A DNA stretch of 64,000 nucleotides, taken from contig RHPI01002272.1 of the NCBI GenBank assembly GCA_009103225.1, forward strand, positions 13,451 to 77,450, read 5' to 3'. Origin of the DNA: Chlorokybus atmophyticus (lineage: Eukaryota; Plantae; Mesostigma and Chlorokybus algae). Under the pieces are notes generated by a model that saw only the letters and a list, made by a program, of their open reading frames with translations, was not told the DNA's origin and did not search any database. Position 1 is the first letter of the stretch; each line of letters begins with the position of its first letter. A program made the translations under genes and the position numbers. Shown piece by piece: positions 11,312 through 24,645 of this stretch.

Positions 11312-13300
11312 TCACAATCTCCCGAGCACGCTCAAGGCTGATGCGTTTGAAGACTGCACCAGATCGTCGACCCGAGCGTTCAGTTGGCTCTCATGCGCTG
11401 CCAGAATGGTTGATTGCTCCTTAACATCCACGGACTCAATGCTCGGGGCTGCTGTCTCGGGGGACCCTTCGAAGCCACCGGTGGGTGTGTCGGAGTCTTC
11501 ATCTCTTTTCTCCTGCACCGGTGAGTCGTCATGTTTGCTGCTCATCCCCAGCCTCTTGCTGACGCGCGGGCTCATGTGCATTGCTTTGCACGCTCTTGCT
11601 TTGATGTCCGCTGCTGGGTGTAGTGGCGTAAGAGAGGCTGGTGGGTCGACACCTAAAAGCGGCCACGCACCCTTGCGCTCGCCCTCCGGCATGTCCATTA
11701 CATCCTCCAGCACGACCTCCAGCATCGCTAAAAAGTCACACGAATTGAAGTCATGTTAACACAGTTGCAATGGCAGGCGATTGGCAAACCGTAAGATGGC
11801 ATGACTTTCAAACAGTGCTCACCTGGCGTGTTGACTACATGCACACCAAATAGGTGCTCCAAGAGGCCTTGATGCACCAGCACTTCGTAGGGAGTGGTTT
11901 AGTCGCTTGCCACACACTCGGGATCGGCCCACGTGAGTGCCTGCAGAGCGAACCGCCTCCACCGATGTCGCGGGCTCAGTTTGTTGTGCACATACAGGAT
12001 GCCCGTGTCGATCATTCCAACGAGATGAAGCACAGGGCTTCCTGGACCAGCAGGCACCGCTGACTCCAACGCGTCGCTCACGCAGGAGTCCCTTGGTACC
12101 TCCTCTTCATCCGCCCTCTCGAGTGCCTGCGTAATCTGTGTGAGTACAGCACGGCGCTCAGTCTGCGTCAGCGGTGGCAGGTCTAGCGGCGGCTCCTCAA
12201 CCACCTCGTAGCCCGTGAAGCTAACTCTCGGCAGACGGAGTTCTGCACATGCGTGATTGACCGAGGCTTAGAATATTCCCAACATTCCACAGCAGGCGGC
12301 CAATAGATTGCAAGACACGAGACGCGCGAGATGAATCTCCTTCCTGCCACCAGGTGAAGTCGCGCAGACGCACATATGCCCTTTTGGTTTCATATGCGCG
12401 ATATGAAACTGTTAGAAATCAACAGTGACGTGCCAATGCGACCGCTAGCAATAAATTCAAGTACAAAACCACCGTACCCCAGTTGACAATGAAGAAGCAA
12501 AGTAGGCCCATGTTCCGGGCTCTCTTTATACGGGTGTCGAATGTGCAACGCAGTGGGGCGGAGGACTTCCTCCTGCGAGGCACGTAGTCAAAACAGCGTC
12601 ACAAAAAGCATCTGTGCTTTTAATGCATCATAGTCCCCAACATCATTCGGAACGCACACTCACCGGTGGAAGTGTGAAGCGTATAGCTTTGCATACTGTG
12701 CGAAGTATACGTGTATGCGTATGTCGTCATGGAAGTCCACCATGCGAGATATTGCGTTGCGCAACACTCGCAGATCGCATAGACGCTTGGCGGATGCTCC
12801 CGCCATGGTCTTGGCGTCAGCGTACACATCTTCCCAAAGCAGCATGCAGTCCTTGTACTCCACAGGACCTAATTTCTGGAACAGTCTGTCAAACTGCTGC
12901 AACCCGCGCATCGCTGAAGGAAATGCCAAAGCACGGATTTTGTGCAGGGAGTGTGTCTCATCAATCCACCAGCTCCATGTCGTGTCTGCCTGTCCCGTTA
13001 TGTCCTCCAACTCCGGCACGTCCGTGATGTCAAGGAGCGAGACCTCCTCCTCCCCAATCGGTTCCGGAATTGGAAACTCCCAAACTTGCAGCCCCCCAAC
13101 TTCGCACATAGTCAACTGCAGCGGCCATCAGGGTGCGGGATGGTGCACTGCCAACATTACATTGGCGATCGGCAAATAACCATCCGCCGCCTCTTTGCGG
13201 AAGCAGCGACGGAATGCGACATGGAGGTGAACCAGGTAAGGCGCAGCACATACAGCCTCGGTGTTCTGCACGCAGGCTGTTAACAGAGAGCCAGCCTAGT
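11312..13300 (-). pseudogene. Multi-exon gene of unknown function with stops
   Basis: Protein-like ORFs 12660-13115, 11899-12204 and 11312-11725. A GT-AG intron at about 12613-12663 links to a further frame with TGA stops. No family recognised. Confidence 0.45.
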
Positions 13301-14007
13301 TGGGTCGTTGTTTGCTATTTGTTTGTTTTTGTTTGTTCGAGGCACACAATCAAGCGGTGTGTATCTTGTTCTATCACAGGGTGCGGTCTTGGTGGGCCAG
13401 GCAATTGACCCACAATCAATGAATTACGCGGTGAGTTGAGGCGCATATGCATGCCTTCTGTCTCTACCAAAAGGTGGCACAGTGTTTGCGTTTGCATCCT
13501 AGTTGTTTGAGCCATCACCACAGTTGCTATGAACAGTTTCATCACAATGTTGCATCACTCTCTTGCATAATAACAGGTGGACGCAAATGTGGTCCAGCCA
13601 CCTGCCCCACTCGACTTGACCAACAACATTCGTTCGGACTCTCATGCATGCTGCTGCTGTCCTGCACCTTGGTTGACATTGCCATTATGCACTTGCAATG
13701 CATGTGCCATGTCCAGATCCGCTGTAAGTCACAAGTAGTTGCCATGCAGGCGTTGCCTCTCTAAGCCACCACTAATGTCAATGCGGGTCTACCAAAAGAC
13801 GGTGCAGGAAGAGTCCTGGACAACACTGCACGTGGGGACAGTCACAATAGCTCCGACATGATATGCACAACTCTTGTCGAATGCATGTGTGTGGATCCCT
13901 ATTGATGCTTGGACAACAGCAGCGGCGCATATGCATCACTGCTTATGCACGGAGGCATACGCGCACGCAGTGGTGGTTGCACATGCAGTACACACACACA
14001 CATACAG

Positions 14008-15531
14008 ATAACACCCTACGGCAGGCACCACTTCGCCCCCTCACTGTCACATTGGCAGAGCTCCGCAAAGAGACTGCGCCTGGGGAGACTGATCCGGATT
14101 ACTGGCAAACCTTCCTTGGACTACTGGGCGAGGGGAAGACACTGGAGGAGGCGGCGGATGCAGCCGCGCTCGATGCTGACACCATACTCCAAGGCCGCAC
14201 TCTTGCACAACAATGCTCTAGCAACGACACGCCGCCTGCGAACATTGGCGAGGGAGGGGTTGTGGAGCCGCCTCACCCTGCTGCCAATGTAGCGACGCAG
14301 CCGGATGCGGACACAACACTCGCCACACGTCTGCAGCAAGCAGAAGAAAAGCAGCTCCGCCTACAACGCAAAGAGGACAAGTGCGTTGATCACGTCAACA
14401 CCCTGAAGAAAATGCTTGAGAAGGCGCAGGCAGACCTGAAGAGTGTCGGGCCGTTTAAAAGGGAGAGGCTCAACACAAAAAAGACCCAATCAAGCTCGAA
14501 ATTGAGGAATTTTAGGAGTCCCTGATGGCTGCTTGAAAAGCCCAACACCAGGTGCGAATATCATGTAGCACTTTACTCCGCTCTGCTGTAGCAACGCAAT
14601 GGTGGTGTATGTCACTTGCTGCCACCCGCCAACTATCAATTTGGTTGCATGGCGAATTGCCATTGAGCGCTACATTGGGGGTGCACAGCGTGTGTTGGCA
14701 AATCGCAAGTTGTATTTGCAGGCAGTTGCAGCACGCAAGGAAGCTGACCTCGAGATCAACTGGGCGAAAGTAGCTTTGCGCCAACAACAAGACATCGCAT
14801 CTCCCTCGGCCAAAGGCAAGAAGCGCAAGAGCCGGAGCCTATCTGCAAGCGTCTCACCGAAGAAGCGCATGGCCACAAGGGGGACCCCGAAGAAGCAACG
14901 GGAGTTGGCCAAAAAGGGAGCACAGGATTCACGCACCGGCAAGAAGTTATTGCTTAAAAATGCAACAGCACAGTCGGGGCAGACCGAGTCGCAGCAACAG
15001 CAGGCGAATTGGGAGCCGGCGCAGCCGGTGCAGCAAGAGGAGCAGACCATGGCCAGGCGCAAAAGCTGCAAGCCGCACAGGTACCGGCCCGGTATGGTGG
15101 CGCTGCGTGAAATAAGAAAGAATTAGAAGTCATGTGACACCTTGCTTCCTAAGATGCATGAGTGCATGCTGCACTTGCCAATGTCCAACAGCTGTGCGTC
15201 ACATGATGCATGACTTTTAAGTCCATCGCGTGCAGCTTCCATTTTGCCTGGTCCGAGAGGTGAGCGCAGGCTTCACGGGGGATAGAGGGCAATACAACTA
15301 CCAGGCTTCAGCCATGTCGGCGCTTCAAGAGGCAGCGGAGGCATTCATTGTGGAGCTTTCTGAGAAGAGGTTAGTGCCTCCTCACAGGAAACACTCTGGT
15401 TGTGGCAGCTTACCCACTGTATTCCTTGCAGCAACCTTTGCGCCATCCACGCCAAGCGCATCACCATTATGCCAAAGGACATGCAGCTGGTGCGACGCAT
15501 CGATGATAAAGGTCTGGGCAGCTACCAGTAG
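14008..15531 (+). pseudogene. Histone H3-fold (CENH3-like) gene with long coiled-coil and basic N-terminal extension, disabled
   Basis: KPHRYRPGMVALREIRKN*KSCDTLLPK | [45 protein letters not shown] | [23 protein letters not shown]. Intron 15370-15431 is GT-AG. TAG at 15124-15126 replaces the conserved Gln. ORF 14599-15126 runs at least 120 codons upstream of the fold. Confidence 0.85.
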
Positions 15532-15582
15532 GCATATGGGCATATGGGCGGTGGAGTGTATAGGGGTTTGGTGGCTGATGGG

Positions 15583-15592
15583 AGGGGGGGGN

Positions 15593-15674
<82 letters not shown>
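15583..15674. other. Poly-G run with an N, probable assembly or sequencing artefact (similar poly-C runs at about 39988-40057 and 42921-42960)
   Basis: Homopolymer containing a single n. Confidence 0.8.
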
Positions 15675-15677
<3 letters not shown>

Positions 15678-17674
15678 CAGCAACATGACTAGTGTATGTG
15701 CAACCTGTTCTGTATGTCATAAGGGTATTTGGTTGTGCTTTGCATGTGCCTGCTGACTGAACACACTGTACACATTGTATCTGCACACTGATCAGCAATG
15801 TGCACTGACTATCAACCAACTAGAAACACGTGGACATATGCAGCGTGTGCTTTGCAAGGGTGTGGGCAACCGCATTGACACACAGAAACATACAACACTT
15901 AGCCATGTAACCTGCATAAACAGCCAGTAAACAGAGTGAGCCGTTTCATAAAACACAGCAGCGCGGTATACCACACCAGCGCTGTCACACCTAATAACGA
16001 CACACAAGTATCTATACAGCTCGCATGCTGCCTCGCTCCTATTGCTAAGCCTACAAACTTATTTATGGTCCACAACTCGAGACAAGAAGTGCCAACCTAA
16101 TCTTCGGCTTCAGAGCTGTCCAAGCTGTTAGAGACTGCCATGCCGCAGTCCGCATCATTAGAAGTGGCGCTGTCGATCTCCGCTTGCTTTTCCTACGCTT
16201 TGTTGAACTTGGCCTTGAGCTTCTCAAAGTAAAGGCGCATGCGCTTCATGTTGTTCTTGTGTATGGACTTGCGGATACTGACTTTCACTATATGTGCAAT
16301 GCTATCAAAGTTGTGCATAGATTGCCTACATTGCAGAGCTCTAATGCATTGACCTCATTGATGGCCATCTCGTAGCTGCCTCCCTCTTCGTCGCACTCTT
16401 TCAGCAGCTCTTTGTTGATCCTTCAGTGCTCTCACATGTTCACACAAGCAGTAAGCAAGTGCTGTTGTCTGCACATGTAAGAGTCAATGCCTGATCATGC
16501 TTACCTCCCTGGCTAGCTTGGCAATTTCCTTGTTCTGGGTTGTCACCTGCTGAGTTAGGCGATAACCTGCAAAGCCAAGCACGGAGTTGGTGCATAAATT
16601 GACGCACAAATTCACGCAATACTCGTCCCCAGCGCATGTGTTGTACATTGCATGTGTCAATTTCTTCAACAGCTACAACCAGGCACCCCACACACCTCGA
16701 GTGGTGAACACACTCTGATCCCCACTGAAGGTTGATACTGAGCATATATACCACTTGCCGCTCTCCCGACCTGGCACACAGGATGTCCAAGGCCCAAGGC
16801 CTTGTCACTGTGTGCTGACCTAGCAGCACATGCTGACTGTGTTCAACACAGGACCTGTGTCATGCCTATCGCCCAAGCATGCCAGTCATCATCGGGCATG
16901 CCTACAGCGAGACCCTCGCCCGGCTTACCAGCATGGCAACCCGCGCGCGTCTCTGACCAGTAGCTAGGTCATGTCTCTAGAGTAGCTCATGACCATAGCC
17001 TACATAGGCACCGCGCGTAGCTGTTCAGTTGTGAGTTCAGTTACAAGTCAGGTTCTATATATCGAGTGAGAATTTCCTGTGGAAATAGCCTCGATATGAC
17101 CGTTAGCTTATGTTCCGGACAATCATGAGTTGACTTGTATAAGTAGGCACAGTGTTTACCGGATCAGCTGGTGACACTGTAAGTGAGAAAGCTAAGAGCT
17201 TGTGAAGCGATTTGAACAAAAAACACACCGTCCTGGTTCCCAAGAATCCCCTCACCGTGTGAGAGCCTGTGCATGTTCTTGTGCACTGTGCTTGTCCTTG
17301 CTGTGAGCTTTGTGTACTTGGTCGCGGTGTGCTTGTTGGCATCAGTCAAGGCATAGCATCCACGTGTTGCTTGCTCATTCACCTCACTGAACAGTGTAGT
17401 TTCTCTTCCACTCACGCAAAGAACTGTGTAAACAGCACTACCTATAGTAGTGGCTTGTTGACTTACATGGTCACCCTCTTTGCTCAAGTGAGTGTAGTTG
17501 CAGGCTCTACATCAGCATCGCAATCTGTAGTTGTACACATCACAGTGCAGTGTTGTCACCGTCATCGCATAGCGCGCACAGGCGCTAGTGTGTTGGGTGA
17601 TAGCAGCACTGGAGATCCCATTGTAGAGCACAAACACTCTACCCTTCATCCACTTTCACCATCGCATCAGCTGT

Positions 17675-19231
17675 ATGAGCAGGCCCACCCCTTTCTCGCC
17701 AATAGAAGAAGGGGACCTCAACAGCTGGAGCCCAACCTCCGACCTCACCTACGAGCGCGCAAGTGAAGGGAGCGATTACCGTAGCAGCAGAGGCTCACGC
17801 CCCGTCTCCGGCTTCACCTCCTCTCACTCCACTCCTCGTCAGCGAGCATCTGCACCACCGTTGGACAGTGACGACGAAGAGATGGAGCCTTCCAGCTCAA
17901 CCAACTCCCTACGCTTCTCCGGACGCCCTGGCACCACCTCACTTGACGAGTTCATCATCAAGTTCCACTCCAAGATGCGGCAGCAGGCCCTCAAGAGCAA
18001 GGACTGGACAGATGAGGTATCGTTTCATGTGTCCGCTCAATACCTTGATCACGAAGCACATGATGTGTGGAAGTCCGTCGCTGAGTTGCACAAGATTGAT
18101 GGCTATGGCGAGTTGGCCAGCACAATAGCCGCCACGTCACTGCACAGCCCATCGGTTACTGTCCCTGTAGCAGCGGCCCTGCCCGCCTCAGTTACGGGTC
18201 TCACTCTAGCTGCAGCCATGGAGAAGGCAAATAATGAAGAAGTTGAGGTGGTAGTGGCCTCATTGACTCCTGCAGAGATCGAAAGCAAGAAAGCCGAGCG
18301 CCGGATCAGGATACTCAACCGCACCGCTGCCATCATCAGGGAGCAACAAGAGGAGCAGCAAGCTGCAGCATTGAAGATGGGTATGCCCCTGCTACCAACA
18401 CCGAACTCGTGTGCTCCAGCGGGAGGCAGTGTTTTCACCCTCGGCTCAGTGGCATTGCGTGCACCCGCGCTCACGGTGGGCGCGGCCATGTCGGACTCCC
18501 CGTTGAAGGACCTCTACGCCGCACTCCGGCGCACCTTCCCACCTCAAACCAACAGCAAGGTGGAGGAGTTGAGGAGTTTTCGACGGAAGCACCACGAGGA
18601 CCCTCTCCGACTGTATTCACGGTTGGAAGGGTTGCTTAAAGACACTGACTACAAGATCGTCAGTGAGGAGGCGGCAGCAGTGGTGTATGTGGCCGAGTTG
18701 GATCCCACCCTGAGTGAGTCAACGCGCCTGACGCTGAACTACAGCAGGCCCCTCGGCTACACCCTTAAGGAAGCTTTCGAGACGGCACAAGCCATCCATA
18801 AGCGCGCAGTGTATGAGAAAGCGTGAGGCACTGCGGTTGGTGTCCAGCACCGCTTGGACTTGGACACCAACCGCAGTGCCTCACGGCCTATGGCAGGCGC
18901 AAGTGCAGAGCCTCTTCGGCGGGACCGCAGCCGAGAGCCGCAAGGCATCCATTACAAGGATAAACGGTCAGCTCATGCTGCCTTTGTGGCTCCAGTGCTG
19001 TGCCACCGGTGTCGTCGACATGGCCACTACCAAAAGGAGTGCACCGAAGATTACGGCAGCCTTGTGTGCGACCACTGCCACAAGACGGGACACTTGGAGA
19101 CAGTATGCTGGCTCAAGTTCCCTGAGCTGCGGCCCTCTATTGGCTACAACAACGGCAACAACGCGGTTGGCTACCGCGGCAACAACAACAACGGGGGCTA
19201 CAACAACAGCAATTGTCGTGGTGGTTGGTAG
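17675..19231 (+). CDS. gag: Gag with two CCHC zinc knuckles (frameshifted near 18800)
   Basis: FSGRPGTTSLDEFIIKF...YLDHEAHDVW. Knuckles CHRCRRHGHYQKEC and CDHCHKTGHLETVC. Confidence 0.85.
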
Positions 19232-21433
19232 ACACGGGGGGGCCTCGGTGCTGGAGGTTCCGGCGCTGGTTGTGGTGGCGGCGCAGGTGGATGCCGCCTC
19301 TGCGAAGCTGGAATCATGCCCGCGGGTGTACCCAATGACTGTGGAGGAAACCCCGGCGGACCCGGTGGTTGTGGGCCTGCCTCGCGTTCAGCTTGCTCCG
19401 CGGCGTACGTCCATCGAGCAGCATGAGCCGCTTCTCTGACCAATCTCCCTTCCCACGTGGCCGTGGGCTCGGTGTCCGTGTCGGTCCAATTATGATACTG
19501 AGGCATGGGCTGCAGGTACGGCGCGTAGTAGCTGTCGCCGCATGTCGTGAGTGATGGTGGGGACTCGCAAGATCCCTGCCATGTAGGCATCCCACCTTCC
19601 TTGTACCACTCCCACATCGAGCACGGTCATGGCGCGAGCGCGTAGGGTGCGCTGGAGGTCAGTCTGCTGTGCGTGTAGCTCATGAGCAATGGCGATGCGC
19701 CGCCGTTGCCGTGCGGCTTCCACCCCTGGCAGCCGCAGCATTGCCTCTTGCACTCCCTCCAGCGCGTCCGGGGCTGTGGTGGCAGCCTCGTCGTATGCTT
19801 GTCGCAGCGAACGAACGAATGCCCCCAACCATGATGCTCGGTTGCCAAAGGCAAACAGGGGGACAGCAGGGTGATTGGCAACGAGCCATGGCAGCCTTGA
19901 TGGCGCGCGTGGCACAGCTGGAGGAGAACAAGGAGCAGGACTATCAAGCCTGCTATTCTGCTAGGTGGGCACTGATGGCACCGAAACGGGATAGGGACAC
20001 TCCCACGCCGTCACGCGTACAACCATCCAGACGTGCGCGCAGGGAAGCTGGCGCGTTGTCAACAGCGGCATCGTCGGACGCCACAAGTGGTGCTGCCTTG
20101 GCAGCGACAACCACCGCTGGGACGATGCCGTCGACGACACCGTCAGCATCCACACCGACCACGACAGCAGGTGTCAGCACTCTTGGCACCACGCTGTCCC
20201 TGGTGGAGAGCACCCACGCCGCAACAACCATGGTCGTTGGGTTCGGAAGTGGTGAATCCACCACTCCTGCCTCCATCGAAGCGACCACATCAACCGCAAC
20301 TGCTGCCAACCTCACAGCCGCCACCTCAGTAACGACGACTGCTGCAGGTGCCACCACCATCGCCTCCAGTAGTGCTGCCATACACACTGCACCACTTCCT
20401 GAGGGACGCACGGCACCGCCTCCAGCGTTGGGCGTCACACAGCAAGTGCCACGCGGGCCACAAGCAGAGCGCGCCTGGGCGTCGGTTCTACACAACGTGG
20501 AACCCACCACCATTGCGTATGGACCAGGGGGGCAACGCACCATGCGCGTGGCACGCGATGATCGCATCTTGCCCCTACCACCTCCAGAGTACCACACGCT
20601 GCCGGAACCCACACAACAGCAGCTGGAGGACGAAATCCTCGCCGGCACTGCACCAGAGATGAGGGATCGTCTGTTCGGGGTCACCTACCGACGACCTGCG
20701 GTATTGGAGCTGGCCATCCAGTTGTTCCTGGCATTACACGCACGATTGTAGGGCGCACCCAGTCAAACGCAGCAACCCATGCCCGCTCAACAGATCGACT
20801 TTGAGCCCTCGCCACTGGACTCACTCGGCCTCCAGCGACACAAAATGCAAGATCTCGTGGTCACCTTGTCTGACATCGCGCTGGGCGCTGATCCCGCTCT
20901 CCGGGGGCTCACTCCAGGCAGTCGTCAAGAGCGTTTCTCTGCACTCGAACAGGCCCATCGTTATCGAATGGACCAAGCTGCCCAAGTGGACGCGCGCCGA
21001 CAAGCGTACGAAGCAGCACACGCCGTTATCGTACCGACCGGAGCGCCGGCAAATGTTGACAGCGCCTCCACGGCGCTGACCACAGCATACTCCACGGCAG
21101 TCGCCATCGAGCAGCCAGGACACGCAACTGTTGCATACCAAGCGAGGGCGTTGGCGCAACAATTGCGGGGGGTAATTGCCCCGCTGTTGCCTCCTCTGAA
21201 CGAAGACATGCCTGAGGATCAACGCGATGCAGGGCGAGGGTACCTCACCCCGCAAGGGGACACCACACAACGAGGAGGAGCTGGTATGGTGGGGGAGCAA
21301 CAACTCCGTACCGCACTCATCCGGCAAGCAGTCATGTTGCACAGGCCTGAGGGCAACACATTAAGACAGATGATGGGGATGCAAGAGGGCAGCGCCGCTC
21401 GAGACAACTGAGTCGGAGGTACAGACACCTCGT

Positions 21434-21880
21434 ATGAAGAGGCTGCGTATTGACGCCAATGCTGCCATGGTGGCCAACCAAGGCAAGCACGTTACCATCA
21501 ACGGTCTGGCGCCCAAGCGAGTAATGTTGGACACCGGAGCACAGCCTGTCATCATCAGGCGCTTCCTCGCGCGGTCCCTAGGCATAACCAGCTCCGACTT
21601 GGTGCCTTCCCCGTACGTGTTGGACACTGCCATAGGTAGCCGAGATAAGGTGATGGGAGTCACCAGGGAGGCCTTTTGCATTCGGTTGACAGGGCTGGAC
21701 CCAACCCACACGACCGAGATCGTCCAGCAATGTGTGGTCACCAATGCCGGCTCCTTCGACTTTCTGCTTGGGCAGGACTTCAACTTCCCTGTTGGCATGG
21801 GCCTCGACTGCTGGACAGAGAGAGCGTGGTTTCGGCCACATTGGGATGAGGATAACGGAGAGGTACAGGGTTTCCTGCTC
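21434..21880 (+). CDS. Retropepsin-type aspartic protease
   Basis: RVMLDTGAQPVII catalytic motif and downstream DFLLGQDF. Confidence 0.85.
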
Positions 21881-22257
21881 TCGGGTTGGTCTCGCGCACG
21901 CGCGCCCAACGCAAAATGGCTGCCATGGCCACACGCAGCCACGCCCGCACCCGGAAGGCTGTAATGGCCATACACGACGGCGCTCGGACGCAAGTTGCTG
22001 CTGGTGCCACGGCCCCGTGTCGAACCGTCGACTCCTCTCCCATCCCGTACAACGAGGAGCAGGAGGATGCCACCGTGGAAGTAGCATTACAAGACCCAGC
22101 TGAACGGCGCTGGCGCGCACAGGTGGACGCACACATCTTGCTCAACCATCCACTGATCACCACGCGCTTCCCCAACTACCAAAGCCACGTCAAGGTGCAA
22201 GACCACCATATGGTGGCCACCGGAGTGGTGGAGTTCCACACCTTTCGCAGGCAATAG

Positions 22258-23230
22258 GGCATCACAGTGTTGGAGCTGTTCGGAGGCATTTGCAGTGGTC
22301 TTGCTGCGGTCCTCAACACGGGCGTGAAGGTTGTCAAATATTATTACTGCGACCCAGACCCACACGCGCAAACGGTCCTCAAGCACCACTTACGCCAATT
22401 GCACGCCAGGTATCCACGTCAACTACCCCTCTCGGCGTTGCAAAGCAGCCTCAAAGCATTGCCACAGGACATCCGGCTGATCACTGAAGATCACCTACTG
22501 TCCCTCGGCAACGTCGACCTGTTAATAGCTGGATGGGAATGCCAAGGGCACTCCAGGGCAGGCAAGGGGCAAGGCCTCGAAAACCCTCGCTCCGGGCTGT
22601 TATGGGAGATGCTGAGGATCATCCACCTCCTTCAACACCACCAGATCTCCAGACCCCTGGGGTACATCATCGAAAATGTGCATTCAGAGGACGACAAGCG
22701 TCCGCACGTGGCCTCCAGCTACCGACAAGTTTGCTCCATTCTGGGGCACCCACTTAAGGTGAACGCGGCACGACATGGCTCGCGCGCACATCGTGTACGT
22801 GATAAATGGACAAATTTGGCCACCGTGGAGGAACTCATGACCGCCGAATACACACGCAGCGCTCGGCCGCGCAACCTGCTGGTCGACGACATCCTTAACC
22901 CCGGCCGCACAGCACAACCTGTCCTGCGTCATGACCACAACCACTTCTACCCGTGCAATCAGCGCGGTCAGCCCCGTCGCGCACTCCCAACATTGGTGTC
23001 CTACCCGGGCTCCTACGCATTTCGGAACGGTGGTGACGGAATGGTGTTCGATGCGACCACCAACAGGCTGAAAGAACCCAATGCACGCGAACGTGAACGC
23101 GCCATGGGATTCTTCCCCAACAGCATCACGGGCTCATCGCTGACGGACAGTCAGCAATGCCAGCTGCTTGGTCGCGCCATGGACCAGAACAGCATGGTAT
23201 GGCTGATGGAGCTGAGCTTCGCGTTGCAAA
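22258..23230 (+). CDS. C5 cytosine DNA methyltransferase domain within pol
   Basis: Motif I VLELFGG, IV LLIAGWECQGHS, VI YIIENV, VIII AHRVR, IX ERERAMGF, X LLGRAMD. In frame with the downstream RT (ORF 22267-24102); an upstream TAG is at 22255-22257. Confidence 0.9.
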
Positions 23231-23499
23231 ACCGCCACGTGTCCTTCGAAGATCTCGAATACTTGGCTGGGGGGTGGGCTGATCGCGTGGCCGACACCAA
23301 GGCAGCTCACACAGCCCTCGAGGTGATCCACATGGAGGAGCAAGCAGCAGTGACAGTGGAGGACATTCCTGTGGTTGCCAATGCAACCTCCTGGGACCAT
23401 GCCATTGGCCCGTTGGCCAAAGAAGACACTCGAGAGAAGCTGGAGGCTCTCCTCAACAAATGGAGGAGCCAATTCAGCTTCAATGTGAAGGAATTGGGT

Positions 23500-24645
23500 A
23501 CATGTTCAGTGTACCAGATGGACATCGAGCTGGTGGACACTGAGCCGGTGTTCCGACGACAATACAGGCTCTCAAAGTTGGAAGAAGACTTGGTGGAACA
23601 GAGATGTAAGGCGCTGCTGGATGCAGGCCTTATCGAAGAGTCCACATCGGACTTCGCAGCAGCAACCGTCATGCCACTGAAGAAGGATTCATTAGGCAAC
23701 TGGACAGAGCGACGCATGTGTGGCGACTATCGCCCCCTCAACAACAAGACCAAGCAAGACCGGTACCCCATGCCCACAGCAGAGGGTATTTTTGATGATG
23801 TGGGAGACTGCACAGACTTCAGCATCCTGGACATGCGTCAGGGGTACAACCAAATCGCCATCAAGGACGAGGACAAGCACAAGACCTCCCTCTGGGGCAA
23901 CCGACAGTTGTACCAATGGAAGGTAATGCCGTTCGGGCTGAAGAATGCCCCCGCCAAGTTTCAACGCGTCATGGACAAAGCCTTGAAGGGGCTGGACTGC
24001 GCGCGGTGCTACATCGATGTCATCCTCATCTTCAGCCGCAGCAACGAGGAGCATCTTCAGCACATCGAGCGGTGCTGGAACGACTCAAGGGAGTGGGGAT
24101 GACCGTACACCCCGACAAGTGTACCTTCTTCACCCACAAGGTGCCGTACTTAGGGCACATGATTGTGCCCCATGGTGTGTATGTGCAGCAGGCAAAAGTA
24201 GAGGCTCTGGCAGCTATCCCTGCCCCGACAGACCTCACACGCCTGCGCGCTTTCTTGGGACTTGCCAACTACTATCGCCGGTTCGTGAAGGACTTCGCGA
24301 AGATCGCAAGGCCCCTCAACGAGCTACTGAAGAAGGAGGTGGAGTTCGCGTGGAAGGAGCCGCAACAGCAGGCCTTCGAGGAGCTGAAGAGCAGGCTCAC
24401 CAGCGCTCCCATCCTTCAACGTCCGGACTACGCCAAGCCTTTCATCCTTCACACCGACTGGAGCAAGCTGGGGATGGGAGCGGTGCTGGTGCAGCACGAT
24501 GAGAACAAAAAGGAGCGGGTGGTGTCATACGCCAGCCGAAGCAACAACAGCGCCGAGGCCAACTATAGCAGCTACGAAGGGGAGTGCCTCGCTGCGGTGT
24601 GGGCCATCTCCTTCCGACCTTTCCTCTTTGGTCGACAGTTCCAAC
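23500..24645 (+). CDS. pol: Gypsy reverse transcriptase and RNase H, degenerate and truncated
   Basis: RMCGDYRPLN, LDMRQGYNQI, MPFGLKNAPAKFQR, CYIDV (YIDD altered), FLGLANYYRRFV, LHTDWSKLGMGAVL, NYSSYEGECLA. Frameshift near 24075; homology ends near 24645. Confidence 0.95.

Noticed and set aside
12380-12445. Ulp1-like protease motif (HWHVTVDF)
   Set aside because: It is in a different frame from the one supported by the splice junction, and no convincing Q...C catalytic motif follows.
15230-15819. Poly-Gly/poly-Pro ORFs (also about 39708-40373 and 42803-43036)
   Set aside because: They are translations of homopolymer G/C runs containing an n, which are probable assembly artefacts.
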